DNA of 26,700 bases from a virus (taxonomy: Duplodnaviria; Caudoviricetes): positions 1-26,700 of IMG/VR virus record IMGVR_UViG_3300037483_001454; one strand, given 5' to 3'. The notes beneath the pieces are model-generated. The model was not told the origin of the DNA. It saw only the letters and a list, made by a program, of their open reading frames with translations, and searched no databases. The position numbers and the translations under genes were made by a program. Shown here in pieces: positions 1-9,469 of this stretch (position 1 is the stretch's first letter; the number at the start of each line of letters is the position of its first letter).

Positions 1-2009
1 CGGAGCGCAGTGCCGCGGTTGTTGTAGGCGGCCGCCAGATCGTTTCGCAGTTCCTTGCGGCCTTCTTTCTCCACGAGTGTTTGGAGTATCTCGATAAAAA
101 CGCTTGCGACATCGACGGCGACAGTCAAGTACCCAAAAACACTTAGCCATTCGAAGAAGCTATATACGCAGTCACTTTTTGGCGGACTACTTAGTATTGC
201 CCATGCAAGTGCCACATCGGATGCTTCGAGGGCATGATCGATAGCGAGCAGTAACGGTGCCACATCGTCTAGCGTGCTCGGATGTTCCGGTATTGATTGG
301 CTCTTGAACCATTTTGCAACGCGGAGCATGTGTGCCTGATAACGATCGTGCGTAAGGCGGCTTCTGAAGTAATGGCGAAGCAGGGCGTGTTGATTGGCAA
401 CCGAACCCTCAAAGTTTATCAACTGCCAATCAGCGAGTAATGACAGTCGTTGTCGCATGGTTTTGAGATTTACATCACACAATAATGACAGCATCTCGAC
501 GGGAGCTGGTACGCGACAACAGGCGATCAGCTCGAGAACATTGGAATCCAATTGGTCCTTGTGGTGGGCCATCATCTTGTCGAGAATAGAGCTCAGTCTG
601 CTATCAGGGTCATCTGTGATAAGATTGACATCTTTACAGGCGCTGGCTTGTCCACCATATTGCTTCACTAACAGTGCGCAAAGCAATGTCAGAGATAGCG
701 CATGGCAATCGTAGTCACGCACGATGGCACGCAACGCGGCATCATTACCTTGAACGCCAAACTTGTCACGCACTAGTTCTATCGCTGCATTCTCATCGAG
801 CCCTTTCAGTTTTCGTTGATTAGGACTCCCACCTTCCGTGCCGATTATCGTAATGCCCTTGTTATCTAACGCACAAGGCAATGCCCGACTGCTAAAGAGT
901 ATTGTGGAGCCGTTATCCCAGGTTGTCGCGTCTTCAAAAAGCAGGTCCAAGCCAGCAACGCCGCCTGCACGACCAGCGGCGCTGACGTCTCCGCCTATTG
1001 TCTCAGGGGCTTGAATCCACTGGCAAAGCCAGCGTTCAACTCCATCCAGAACGATGAGCGTCGGACGTTGGCGTAATCTCTGGCAGAGCAGGATGGCTTG
1101 TTCCATAGAGGAACTGGTCTCTTGGGGATCAAACGTCCCTTCTGTAAGGTAGTCCAATATCTCCGAAAGAAATCGGGCAAAAGTGTATCTTGTGTCATAA
1201 GGTCGGCACCAGAACAGCCCCTTCTGAGAATCAGCTTGCGGGCCACGTTCCTTATGCCACTTGGAGAGCAAGAAGCTTTTGCCTTCACCAGGCATTCCAA
1301 CTAAAGCGATAACGCTCTGTCCTGTGCTTACCGCTTCGCTGATTTGTTGTAGTTCCGCTCTACGGCCTACAAAATTGACAGTTCCGCGCTGAGATGCGGG
1401 ATAAATCCGGGGAGCCGGCCAAAACAATTCGCTTGATGGTGTGCGTTTGGATTTTGGCGGGGTTGAGTGGGAATTGGGTCGCTGAGACTGTGGTTCTATG
1501 TTAAAGGTGACTGCCCCGTGAATTTCCCCGATCTGAATTGGAGAATCAGCTTTACTGGCCTCTTGCGCGATTCTGACCCGCTTAGGAGAGGCCGAATCAG
1601 GTGAATAGGCAGTCCTCCTTGTATTCAATTCCATGGCCGCGCAGACTAGCAGAGACAGACAAAATGCCGTGCCAAGTATGACATGCACCGGCCATTGATT
1701 CCCATCGATAACAACCTTGGCAAAAGTTCCCGGCGAAACTTGTCCAGTAAAAGCAAGATTCGGCGCTGTGAATGCGACAATCCAAATCCCCATTAAGCTA
1801 CTAGAGACTCGTCGATACCAATAAGCGGGGTTGTGATATAGTGTTATGCAAAAAACAGCCACGCCAACAGCTAACACAACGGTCGCTTTGCCTAATGGCA
1901 GGTAGATTACCCCAAAACAGAGAGCCATTGCGACAACGCCTGTTACCAGGGAAACACGGAGCCATCGGGTAGTGTCAGCTTGCGGTGCGGCTCGAAAGCT
2001 ATCGGACAT
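1..2009 (-). CDS. Membrane-anchored STAND (NB-ARC/AAA_16-like) NTPase with C-terminal TPRs; 3'-partial, not in ORF track
   Basis: Manual translation of the minus strand is stop-free from ATG 2009 (GGAG upstream) to base 1. About four hydrophobic segments at the N-terminus, then FVGRRAELQQI, Walker A VIALVGMPGEGKS, Walker B TLIVLDGVE, ILFSSR, LKGL, CHALSL (GxP-like), HALLRHYF (WHD) and the TPR start ELRNDLAAAYNNRGTAL. Lower GC than the rest of the window. Confidence 0.88.
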   Translation of the reverse strand, partial: MSDSFRAAPQADTTRWLRVSLVTGVVAMALCFGVIYLPLGKATVVLAVGVAVFCITLYHNPAYWYRRVSSSLMGIWIVAFTAPNLAFTGQVSPGTFAKVVIDGNQWPVHVILGTAFCLSLLVCAAMELNTRRTAYSPDSASPKRVRIAQEASKADSPIQIGEIHGAVTFNIEPQSQRPNSHSTPPKSKRTPSSELFWPAPRIYPASQRGTVNFVGRRAELQQISEAVSTGQSVIALVGMPGEGKSFLLSKWHKERGPQADSQKGLFWCRPYDTRYTFARFLSEILDYLTEGTFDPQETSSSMEQAILLCQRLRQRPTLIVLDGVERWLCQWIQAPETIGGDVSAAGRAGGVAGLDLLFEDATTWDNGSTILFSSRALPCALDNKGITIIGTEGGSPNQRKLKGLDENAAIELVRDKFGVQGNDAALRAIVRDYDCHALSLTLLCALLVKQYGGQASACKDVNLITDDPDSRLSSILDKMMAHHKDQLDSNVLELIACCRVPAPVEMLSLLCDVNLKTMRQRLSLLADWQLINFEGSVANQHALLRHYFRSRLTHDRYQAHMLRVAKWFKSQSIPEHPSTLDDVAPLLLAIDHALEASDVALAWAILSSPPKSDCVYSFFEWLSVFGYLTVAVDVASVFIEILQTLVEKEGRKELRNDLAAAYNNRGTAL

Positions 2010-2271
2010 GCACTTTCTCCGGAAGATCATGGCCGGCGATTTTACACCGGTTGAGATAGATTACACAGCACGGGGCCTCGTTTGTTTTGCCGTACGTGGA
2101 TCTGAACGCAATCAGTCGAATCAATGCCTGCCGGAGAATGTGATAACCGATGACTTCACAAGGCGTTGCGGTAAACGAATCGCTCGACGCGAATTAAGCT
2201 ATCGGCGTCGATATCTGCCCCCGCTATTTCTTGACCGGTTGCAAACCCAGCCGGCCCCACGGTTAACGCAG

Positions 2272-2309
2272 AACGCCGTCGAGACATCTCGGCGGCGTTT
2301 TCGCTTTCT
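2272..2309 (+). terminator. Hairpin with T-rich tail (intrinsic terminator-like)
   Basis: AACGCCGTCGAG-acat-CTCGGCGGCGTT (12-bp stem, one G:U) followed by TTCGCTTTCT. Confidence 0.5.
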
Positions 2310-2432
2310 ACGCCAGTATCCGCAAGGGGTTAGAGAAACGGGTTGCTCGGGACGGTGCTCTTCAGCCGCAGGAGAGACATAACCGGACAGGCCCGCATCT
2401 CGCCTGCCGATCCTTAATCGCGCCCAAAGTCT

Positions 2433-2469
2433 CTGATAACCGAGCCGAGACATGGGCTCGATTTATCAG
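2433..2469. repeat. Imperfect inverted repeat at the pglX breakpoint (possible recombinase site)
   Basis: CTGATAACCGAGCC-gagacat-GGGCTCGATTTATCAG; PglX-like coding begins 1 bp after the right arm. Confidence 0.5.
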
Positions 2470-2470
2470 G

Positions 2471-4804
2471 GGGTACCGCCAGCTTCCGCAGCTTCACATT
2501 GCTTGCACCGGCATCGGGCCACAGAGCACAGCGGAGGAGTGGGTCAAGCTGGCGGAACAGTCCGGTATTCCCATATCGGCGCTGGAACGCGAGCCGATTC
2601 GCCGAGGCTTGATCCACATGCACGAGCTTTTTTCGCAAGCGCCGACGCTCGGCTCGCTCATTAATCCCAGCGATTTGCCCGCCGAAGGGTTCGCCGCTGA
2701 TTTTGAGACAATCCAGCCCTACTTGGCGGCGATCCTCAAGGCCGAGAAGGCGGACGACGAGACTCGCGAACGGGCCATCGCCGCCGCCGGCATGGTTAAA
2801 GCCGCGGACCTGCTGGCCGGGGACTACACGCTTGTCGTTACGAACGTACCTTACCTTGGGCGTAATGCTCATACTGAGGTGCTCGAAGCGTTCGCGGACA
2901 AGTACTATCGCAACGCACGCGCCGATTTGGCAACCATCTTCATCGCCCGCTCTGTGAATTGGCTCTCCCAGCATTCTTGCTTGGCGGTCGTGTCCCCACA
3001 AAACTGGCTGTTCTTGAAGCGATATCGGAAGTTTCGTACGGAAATGCTTTCCGGTGTTCGCTGGCGATTCTGCGCTAGACTGGGCGACGGGGCATTCGAT
3101 GCAATAGGCGGTGCGGTAGTACAAGCCGCCCTGCTGGTCTTCAGCCGCGATTCAGTAATTGATGCGCTGACCTTTGACGGTATAGACGCCGGGGATCGGG
3201 CTGGAGCGTCGGCAAAGGCGGAATCACTACGGAGTACCGATCCGATCTGTCTGGGGCAGCGACAGCAACTCAAGAATCCAGATGCGAGAGTAGTGCTCGC
3301 GGAGCTTTCAAAGCACAGGCTTCTATCCGATTACGCGGACGCGTACCAGGGAATTGGCACGAGCGACAATGCCCAGTTCCTGCTGCAATTCTGGGAGATC
3401 GCGCCTGTGCCCGAGGAGTACCGGTATGTGCAGACTGCACCTGCGGCCACATCGCTCGTGAGCGGTGGTCACTTCGCCCTGTGCTGGGAGAACGGTGAAG
3501 GTCGTTATTATCGTCACGCCATGGCGCTTAAGGCCGAGGGAAGGCTTGGCGGGTGGAAGTCTGGCGGTGCAGCTTGGGGATGCCGAGGCTTCGCTGTGAG
3601 TGTTACGGGGCGGTTACAGGTCTCACAGTATCTTGGGGACATGTTTGACACGACCGTCGGAGTCGTCATCCCAAAGGACAAGTCCTACATACAGGCGATT
3701 GATGCGTTTCTCCGATCGGACGACTACGAGCCAGCCATTCGGCTGGTGGATCAAGCGCTGAGCATCACAGAGCACACTCTGCTTAAAGTCCCCTTTGACC
3801 TCGCCCACTGGCAGAAGGTTGCGGCCGAGAAATATCCCGACGGCCTGCCCGAACCGGAGAGCGACGATCCAACGCAGTGGCTATTCCACGGCCATCCGTA
3901 TGAAGCCGAGGAAGGCGCGATGCTGCAAGTCGCGGTCGCGCGACTGCTGGGCTATCGCTGGCCGGCGGAACTTGATCCAGACATGCGCCTCAGCAAGCGC
4001 GCAAAAACGCTCGTCAAAGAATGTGAGCCGCTGCTGAAGTTCGCAGATGAGGATGGGATTGTTTGCATTCCGTCGGTTCGTGGCGAAGAGCCGGCGGCCG
4101 AGCGGCTGTTCCGGCTGCTGACCGCATGCGACATTGAGCCGGAGCTCGATCTTGAAGACTGGCTTCGCAATGAGTTTTTTGAGGAGCATTGCAAGCTGTT
4201 CCACGACCGGCCGTTCGTGTGGCACATCTGGGACGGCCGCAAGCGTGACGGCTTCCATGCGCTGGTCAACTATCACAAGCTGGCTGAAGGCGATGGCAAG
4301 GGCCGGCGACTGCTGGAGAGCCTGACCTACGCCTATCTGGGCGAATGGATCACCCGGCAGCGTGACGGCGTGAAGCGCGGCGAGGAAGGCGCGGAAGACC
4401 GCCTGGCCGCAGCGCTGGAACTCCAGAAGCGACTGGAAGCGATTCTCGCCGGCGAGCCGCCATTCGACCTCTTCATCCGCTGGAAGAAGCTTTCCGACCA
4501 GCCCATCGGCTGGGAGCCGGACATCAACGACGGCGTGCGGATGAATATTCGCCCGTTCCTAGCAAGCGATTTAACAGGCGGGCGAAAGGGTGCCGGCATT
4601 TTGCGATACAAGCCGAACATCAAGTGGACGGGGGACCGGGGCAAAGAGCCGGAGCGGCCGAAGGCCGAGTACCCGTGGTTCTGGGGCTGGGATGAGAAGA
4701 CGGAGGACTTTGCCGGCGGGAAGACTTTTGACGGCGTTCGATGGAATGATTGTCACTATACGCACAAGGCGAAACAAGCGGCGCGGGATGCGGCGAAGGA
4801 GTAG
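2471..4804 (+). pseudogene. pglX: BREX-1 adenine methyltransferase PglX/BrxX, 5'-truncated
   Basis: The frame reads GYRQLPQLHIACTG...LFSQAPTLGSLINP...VVTNVPY (motif IV)...ADLATIF...PQNWLFL, then a TRD, then the C-terminal DDPTQWLFHGHP, FHDRPFVWHIWDG and GWEPDINDGVRMNIRPF. Homology extends upstream of the track start (2609) to ~2471, with no start codon and no SAM-binding motif I (DPxxGxG). Lies upstream of pglZ/brxL. Confidence 0.82.
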
Positions 4805-4810
4805 GCTTCC

Positions 4811-5644
4811 ATGGAGTTCCTCAACACAGCCCCACCCAACTGGACGTCGACGCTCGCCTTTCGAGCGTTCCGGCGGAAACTGGAGTCTCTCAGTTCAGTC
4901 TACTGGACCTTCCAGCTCGGCGAGACAGCCTTACGCAGTGCACTGGATGGTAAGGTTGTCACCGCAAAGGCAGTGACAGAACTGGGTAGTCCGTTCTGCC
5001 TGCGGATGCTCCCGGAGTCAGTCGAGGAGTTGCGCGGACAGCTGAAACACCGGTCTGGAGTCCACCGCCTGCACCTATTAGTTGTCGCCTTAGCGAACAT
5101 TGAGTCCTACCTGAAGGACGCGGTGCTCTTGCATGTTGGCGGCTTGGGTTATGCGGCTGGCCATCGGAAGCTGAACGATGTCGGTGCTGCTTTGGCCGCG
5201 CCAATCGCAAAGAAATCCACCGTACCGGAGATGGTGGAATACGCCGGCCATCTTCTGTCGGTCGATTTCCGTCCTGTGATGGCGAGCCTTAAGCGGGCGT
5301 ACAAGCTCCGGTGCGAAGCTGTACATTCGGGCGGCGTGGTGACGGCTAGGACGTTGACGGATATCCCGGACCTGGGCGTCCGTCTTGGCGACCATATTCG
5401 ATTGACATGGGAGCAACTGCTCAAGTATCTGAAGATGCTCGACCGTGTTGCCTCGCGCGTGGACTGTGCCACTGCGAAACTAGATGCCCGCCGCGTCGAA
5501 GTCGAGTGGCTGCTTCTGGACCTGAAGCAACGGAAGGCACTTCCCCCGCGGCCGAACGTGTGGCACTGGCTGGCGCAGACATACGGCGTTCAGGGAATGC
5601 CGAGATCGGTGACGCAGAAAATCGAGAGAGCGGTCTACGTTTGA
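4811..5644 (+). CDS. Putative HEPN-domain RNase embedded in the BREX operon
   Basis: Helical protein with an N-terminal acidic motif (ALANIESYLKD) and an R-X4-H motif (KLRCEAVHSGG); starts 6 bp after the pglX stop. Confidence 0.6.
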   Translation: MEFLNTAPPNWTSTLAFRAFRRKLESLSSVYWTFQLGETALRSALDGKVVTAKAVTELGSPFCLRMLPESVEELRGQLKHRSGVHRLHLLVVALANIESYLKDAVLLHVGGLGYAAGHRKLNDVGAALAAPIAKKSTVPEMVEYAGHLLSVDFRPVMASLKRAYKLRCEAVHSGGVVTARTLTDIPDLGVRLGDHIRLTWEQLLKYLKMLDRVASRVDCATAKLDARRVEVEWLLLDLKQRKALPPRPNVWHWLAQTYGVQGMPRSVTQKIERAVYV

Positions 5645-5679
5645 GGCTTCCAGCCTCGCATAGGCGAAAGGAGTCATTC

Positions 5680-8043
5680 TTGACCTCTGTGCGAACAGAT
5701 AAACCGACGACCTTGCTTGAGGCGGTGCGAACCGCGCTGGCGCACGCCGGCCGGTACAACCCCGGCGACGTGGTTGCGCCTGCGGCGGTGCTGTGGACCG
5801 ACGCTGATGGCCAGTGGCGGCCGGTCGTCGATCAACTTCGCGGGCTGATGCCCGAGCTTCTGACGCTGGGCGAATATGACGCGGAGGCGCGGACCGGGCC
5901 GGCGATCTGGCTGCGGTGCGTGATCGAGCCAGCGGTGCGAGCTGACAAGTTCCCCAACCTTGTATGGCCGAACGGCACGGTGCCCGTGATTTATATGCCG
6001 GGGGTGAGCCGGCAGACGCTTCGGGCGGTGGAGGAGTGTCCCGATTCCCTCAAGCCGCTGGTTGAACTGCAGTACCGAGGAACGGTCTGGACACAGAGGA
6101 ACGGCAAGGACTGGACAGTCCGCGCCTTTTTGGTGAGCGATGATGGCGGGCTGGGGTTGGATGTGGCCGAAGACAAGCTGACGCTCCAGGCAATGCAGGG
6201 GGCGATGCCGCAATTGGCGGTGACGCCGGCGGCGCGCTTGCGGGGCAAGCGGCTGGAGGCGGAGGACTTCGACAAGCTCATGATCGGCGATACGCCACGC
6301 GACCTGTTGTTGTGGCTTGGCGACCCGGAGGGCGCGCGCGGGCAGTGGGACGAAGGCAAATGGGCGGCATTCCGCAATCGCTGCCGACAGGACTACAGCT
6401 TTGATCCAGTAACGGACGGGGAGATAGTGGGCGGTGAAAAGCTCGGGCATCGCAAGGACGCGTGGTACGGCGTGTGGGAGCGGTTCGCGGAATCGCCATC
6501 GCTGTATGCGGGCGTGCCCGACCTGTTGCGCCGGGCCAAGCCCAAGCATCTGTTCATTGAGCGTGATGCGTGGCCGGACGAGAACGAATCGATGGAGGGC
6601 CAGCTTCGCGCGGCGCTGGTAGAGGTCGGATCGATGAAGCCGGCTGACGCGCGGGAGCGTCTGGAGCAATTGGAGGCTGAACACGGTCCGCGGCGAACGT
6701 GGCCGTGGGCGAAGCTGGGGCAGTGCCCGTTGGCCTGCGCGATAGCGCACCTGGCGGTGCTGGCCAAGCGAACGGCAATGGCGCTAGGCGGCGACTCGGC
6801 CGACTTGATGGGCAAGCTTTACGCCGAGGGTGGATACCTCGCGGACGATGCGGCCCTGCAGGCGATGGCGTGCGCGAAGAGCGCGGAAGACGCGGCCGCG
6901 GTCCGTGCGGCCGTGCGATGTGTGTATCTGCCGTGGCTGGAGGATACGGCGCGGCATTTCCAGCAATGCCTGGAGGTGAAGGCCCTACCGACAGTGGCGC
7001 AGCAGGAAGGAGTCGAGGCTGCGGCCGGCGAGTGTGTGCTGTTTGCCGACGGTCTGCGGTTCGACATCGCTCAGCGGCTTGTGGCGATGGCTGGGGCGAG
7101 GCAGTTGGAAATGTCAGCCGGCTGGCGTTGGGCGGCGCTGCCCACAGTGACGGCAACGGCCAAGCCGGCGGCGTCGCCGGTTGCCGGCAAGCTGCGTGGG
7201 GGCGACCTCGGCGCGGACTTCTGCCCGGAGGTCGCCGAGACGGGCGAATCGCTGAGCACCGACCGGTTCCGCAAACAGCTTGCGGCGGCGGGATACCAGG
7301 TGCTCGGCGCGTCGGAGACGGGCGACCCGCCGGCAAAGGACGCCCGCGCGTGGACCGAGTACGGCGAGTTCGACAAGCTCGGTCACGACCTGCAAGCGAA
7401 GCTGGCGGCGCGGATCGAAGACCAGTTGGAACTTCTGCTGGAGCGGGTTCAATCGCTGATCGAAGCTGGCTGGAAGCGTGTCCGGGTCGTAACCGACCAT
7501 GGCTGGTTGCTGGTCCCCGGTGGAATGCCGAAAGTGCAACTGCCGAAGTATCTGGCAGAAAGTCGTTGGTCTCGGTGCGCCTCGATCAAGGACAGCTCCC
7601 ACGTCGAGGTGCCGGTTGCCAGCTGGTCGTGGAACCCGGACGAGCGGTTTGCCTACGCGCCGGGGGCGCACTGCTTCGTCGCGGGGCAGGAGTATGCCCA
7701 CGGCGGCGCGAGCTTGCAGGAATGCATGATCCCGGTGCTGGCGCTGACCTCGGCGGGCGCGCCGGCTGGCGTGGTGGTGACCGTGGGCGAGGTGCAATGG
7801 GTGGGACTGCGCTGCCGCGTGACGGTTCAGCCGCCGGAGGAAGGTCTGCGGGCCGACCTGCGGACGAAGCCGAACGATCCCAGTTCAAGTATCGCGGAAC
7901 CCAAGGCCGTGGACGCCGACGGCAAGGCCGCACTGCTGGTCGCCGACGATTCGCTCGAAGGCACGATGGCCAGCATGGTCGTGGTCGATGCGTCCGGGCG
8001 CGTCGTCTGCAAAGAAGCCACCACCGTTGGAGGTGACGGATAA
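5680..8043 (+). CDS. pglZ: BREX-1 phosphatase/nuclease PglZ (type B-like)
   Basis: Alkaline-phosphatase-fold motifs LFADGLRFD, LPTVTATAKPA, VVTDHGW and YAHGGASLQEC; N-terminal AAVLWTD and RTGPAIWLRC. TTG start at 5680 preceded by AAGGAG; stop overlaps the brxL ATG (TAATG). Confidence 0.88.
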   Translation: MTSVRTDKPTTLLEAVRTALAHAGRYNPGDVVAPAAVLWTDADGQWRPVVDQLRGLMPELLTLGEYDAEARTGPAIWLRCVIEPAVRADKFPNLVWPNGTVPVIYMPGVSRQTLRAVEECPDSLKPLVELQYRGTVWTQRNGKDWTVRAFLVSDDGGLGLDVAEDKLTLQAMQGAMPQLAVTPAARLRGKRLEAEDFDKLMIGDTPRDLLLWLGDPEGARGQWDEGKWAAFRNRCRQDYSFDPVTDGEIVGGEKLGHRKDAWYGVWERFAESPSLYAGVPDLLRRAKPKHLFIERDAWPDENESMEGQLRAALVEVGSMKPADARERLEQLEAEHGPRRTWPWAKLGQCPLACAIAHLAVLAKRTAMALGGDSADLMGKLYAEGGYLADDAALQAMACAKSAEDAAAVRAAVRCVYLPWLEDTARHFQQCLEVKALPTVAQQEGVEAAAGECVLFADGLRFDIAQRLVAMAGARQLEMSAGWRWAALPTVTATAKPAASPVAGKLRGGDLGADFCPEVAETGESLSTDRFRKQLAAAGYQVLGASETGDPPAKDARAWTEYGEFDKLGHDLQAKLAARIEDQLELLLERVQSLIEAGWKRVRVVTDHGWLLVPGGMPKVQLPKYLAESRWSRCASIKDSSHVEVPVASWSWNPDERFAYAPGAHCFVAGQEYAHGGASLQECMIPVLALTSAGAPAGVVVTVGEVQWVGLRCRVTVQPPEEGLRADLRTKPNDPSSSIAEPKAVDADGKAALLVADDSLEGTMASMVVVDASGRVVCKEATTVGGDG

Positions 8044-8834
8044 TGGAACTCGACAATCTGGACCAACTCGCCGCCTCGGCCTTCGACGGCTACCTCGTCC
8101 GCAAGGACCTCGTGCGCCGGTACAGCCGGCAATACCCGGTGCCGACCTACGTCGTTGAGTTCCTGCTCGGCCGGTACTGCGCGACGGTGGACGAACAAGA
8201 GATTGAGGAAGGATTGCAGATCGTCGAGCGGCAGCTACAGGACCGCACGGTCCGCACAAGCGACCAGGAGCTTTTCAAGGCCATCGACACGATCGACAAC
8301 GCCTTCAAGTTCTGCACTGACCACGTCAACGCCAAGCACAACGTCGAGTACGAGGGTGATCTGGATCACGGCAAGGGCTGGGCGTTCGTTAAGAACGAAT
8401 GGCACCGGGTTCTGACGCGCCTGGCCAGTCTGCCGCTAGGCCTGGTGCTGATCAGCCACGCAACGGACAAGCAGATCGAAACCCGCACCGGCAAATACAG
8501 CAAGACCCAGCCATCCCTGCCCGACCGCGCCCGTCATGTCGTGCTCGGCCTGGTGGACATGATCCTGTACTGCGACACCGTGTCACGCCCGCGAGCCAAC
8601 AGTTCGGGGGGCGGCACTTCGGGGGGCGGCACTTCCGGGGGCAGCAAGGGCAGTGAGATCGTTCGCATCATCCGCACGAAGCCACATCCGACCTACGAGG
8701 CCGGTGATCGCACGGGCCGTCTGCCCGAGGTGATGCCGCTCGATTTCGCCGCGTTTGCCAGTCACTTCGCCACGCCGGGCAAGCCCGACGCCGCTGCATC
8801 CGCCGCACAACCGCAACCTTCCAGCAAGGAGTAA
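8043..8834 (+). CDS. brxL: In-frame chimera: BrxL N-terminus (8043-~8282) fused to the C-terminal half of a phage AAA_24/Sak4-like NTP-binding protein (~8283-8834)
   Basis: aa 1-80 MELDNLDQLAASAFDGYLVRKDL...PVPTYVVEFLLGRYC...QELFKA match the BrxL start. The sequence then switches to IDTIDNAF (Walker B remnant), GKGWAFVKNEW, LVLISHA, GLVDMILY and YEAGDRTGRLP, typical of AAA_24. No Walker A and no Lon domain. Confidence 0.8.
   Translation: MELDNLDQLAASAFDGYLVRKDLVRRYSRQYPVPTYVVEFLLGRYCATVDEQEIEEGLQIVERQLQDRTVRTSDQELFKAIDTIDNAFKFCTDHVNAKHNVEYEGDLDHGKGWAFVKNEWHRVLTRLASLPLGLVLISHATDKQIETRTGKYSKTQPSLPDRARHVVLGLVDMILYCDTVSRPRANSSGGGTSGGGTSGGSKGSEIVRIIRTKPHPTYEAGDRTGRLPEVMPLDFAAFASHFATPGKPDAAASAAQPQPSSKE
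8601..8645 (+). repeat. Three 15-bp tandem units encoding SSGGG-TSGGG-TSGGS
   Basis: AGTTCGGGGGGCGGC / ACTTCGGGGGGCGGC / ACTTCCGGGGGCAGC; each is a variant of TTCCGGGGGC. Confidence 0.85.
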
Positions 8835-8839
8835 CTGCC

Positions 8840-9469
8840 ATGACTGATCCTTCAATGACCGTCACGACGACCAACGAGCCCGCCTTCGATCCTGCCAATC
8901 CCGGTGGCGCGACGCCGCCCGTGGCGGACGGTGCCGGCTTCGACGCCAGCCCCGCCGAGCACGAAGCGTTCAATGACCCGACTCCGGGGCCGGGGGCGGC
9001 AGTTCCGGGGGCGGGGGATGGGACGGTTCCGGGGGGCGTCAGCGACCTGAGCGTCTTCGACGAAGAGTATGACGAGGCCGAGGTGCCGACTTACGAGGAG
9101 GTGCCTGACGGCAAGTACCAGGTTCGCGTGCAGCGCGCGGCGCTGGGCACCAGCCAGGCAGGCGACGCGATGCTCAAGTGGGACCTGGTGGTGTTGTCCG
9201 GTCAAGACGCAGGCCGCCACGTGTTCAAGAACGCGGTGATCACGCACAAGTCGCTTCCGTTCGTCAAGGGTGATCTGCACACGCTCGGTGTGCAACTGTC
9301 CAGGTTCAGCGACCTGCCCAATCACCTGGAGGCGCTACTCGACCAGACGCTGGAGATCACCAAGCGCACGCGCGGTGAGTACACCAACGTCTACTTCAAC
9401 CGCCGGCTCGAAGGCCTGTCCAGCGAAGGCTTTGAGGGTCTGGCCAGCGATGAGCCGACGCCGTTTTGA
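8840..9469 (+). CDS. DUF669 family protein (phage ssDNA-binding-like)
   Basis: VPDGKYQVRV...GDAMLKWDLVVLSGQDAGRHVFKN; acidic C-terminal tail ending PF; follows the AAA_24 gene; AAGGAG RBS. Confidence 0.75.
   Translation: MTDPSMTVTTTNEPAFDPANPGGATPPVADGAGFDASPAEHEAFNDPTPGPGAAVPGAGDGTVPGGVSDLSVFDEEYDEAEVPTYEEVPDGKYQVRVQRAALGTSQAGDAMLKWDLVVLSGQDAGRHVFKNAVITHKSLPFVKGDLHTLGVQLSRFSDLPNHLEALLDQTLEITKRTRGEYTNVYFNRRLEGLSSEGFEGLASDEPTPF

Noticed and set aside
55-1785. Small track ORFs at 55, 394, 995, 1098 and 1597
   Set aside because: All overlap the long minus-strand STAND gene found by manual translation.
1972-2453. ORFs 1972..2382 (+) and 2199..2453 (-)
   Set aside because: No RBS or motifs; they run through hairpins and a regulatory/att-like spacer.
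2609-4804. Intact 731-aa methyltransferase starting at 2609
   Set aside because: Homology continues upstream in frame without a start codon, and SAM-binding motif I is missing.
5407-5679. Track start of PglZ at 5407
   Set aside because: Overlaps the HEPN gene by 238 bp with non-protein-like sequence; TTG 5680 has an AAGGAG RBS.
6699-8036. 445-aa alternative-frame ORF inside pglZ
   Set aside because: R/G/A-rich off-frame product typical of high-GC coding DNA; no motifs.
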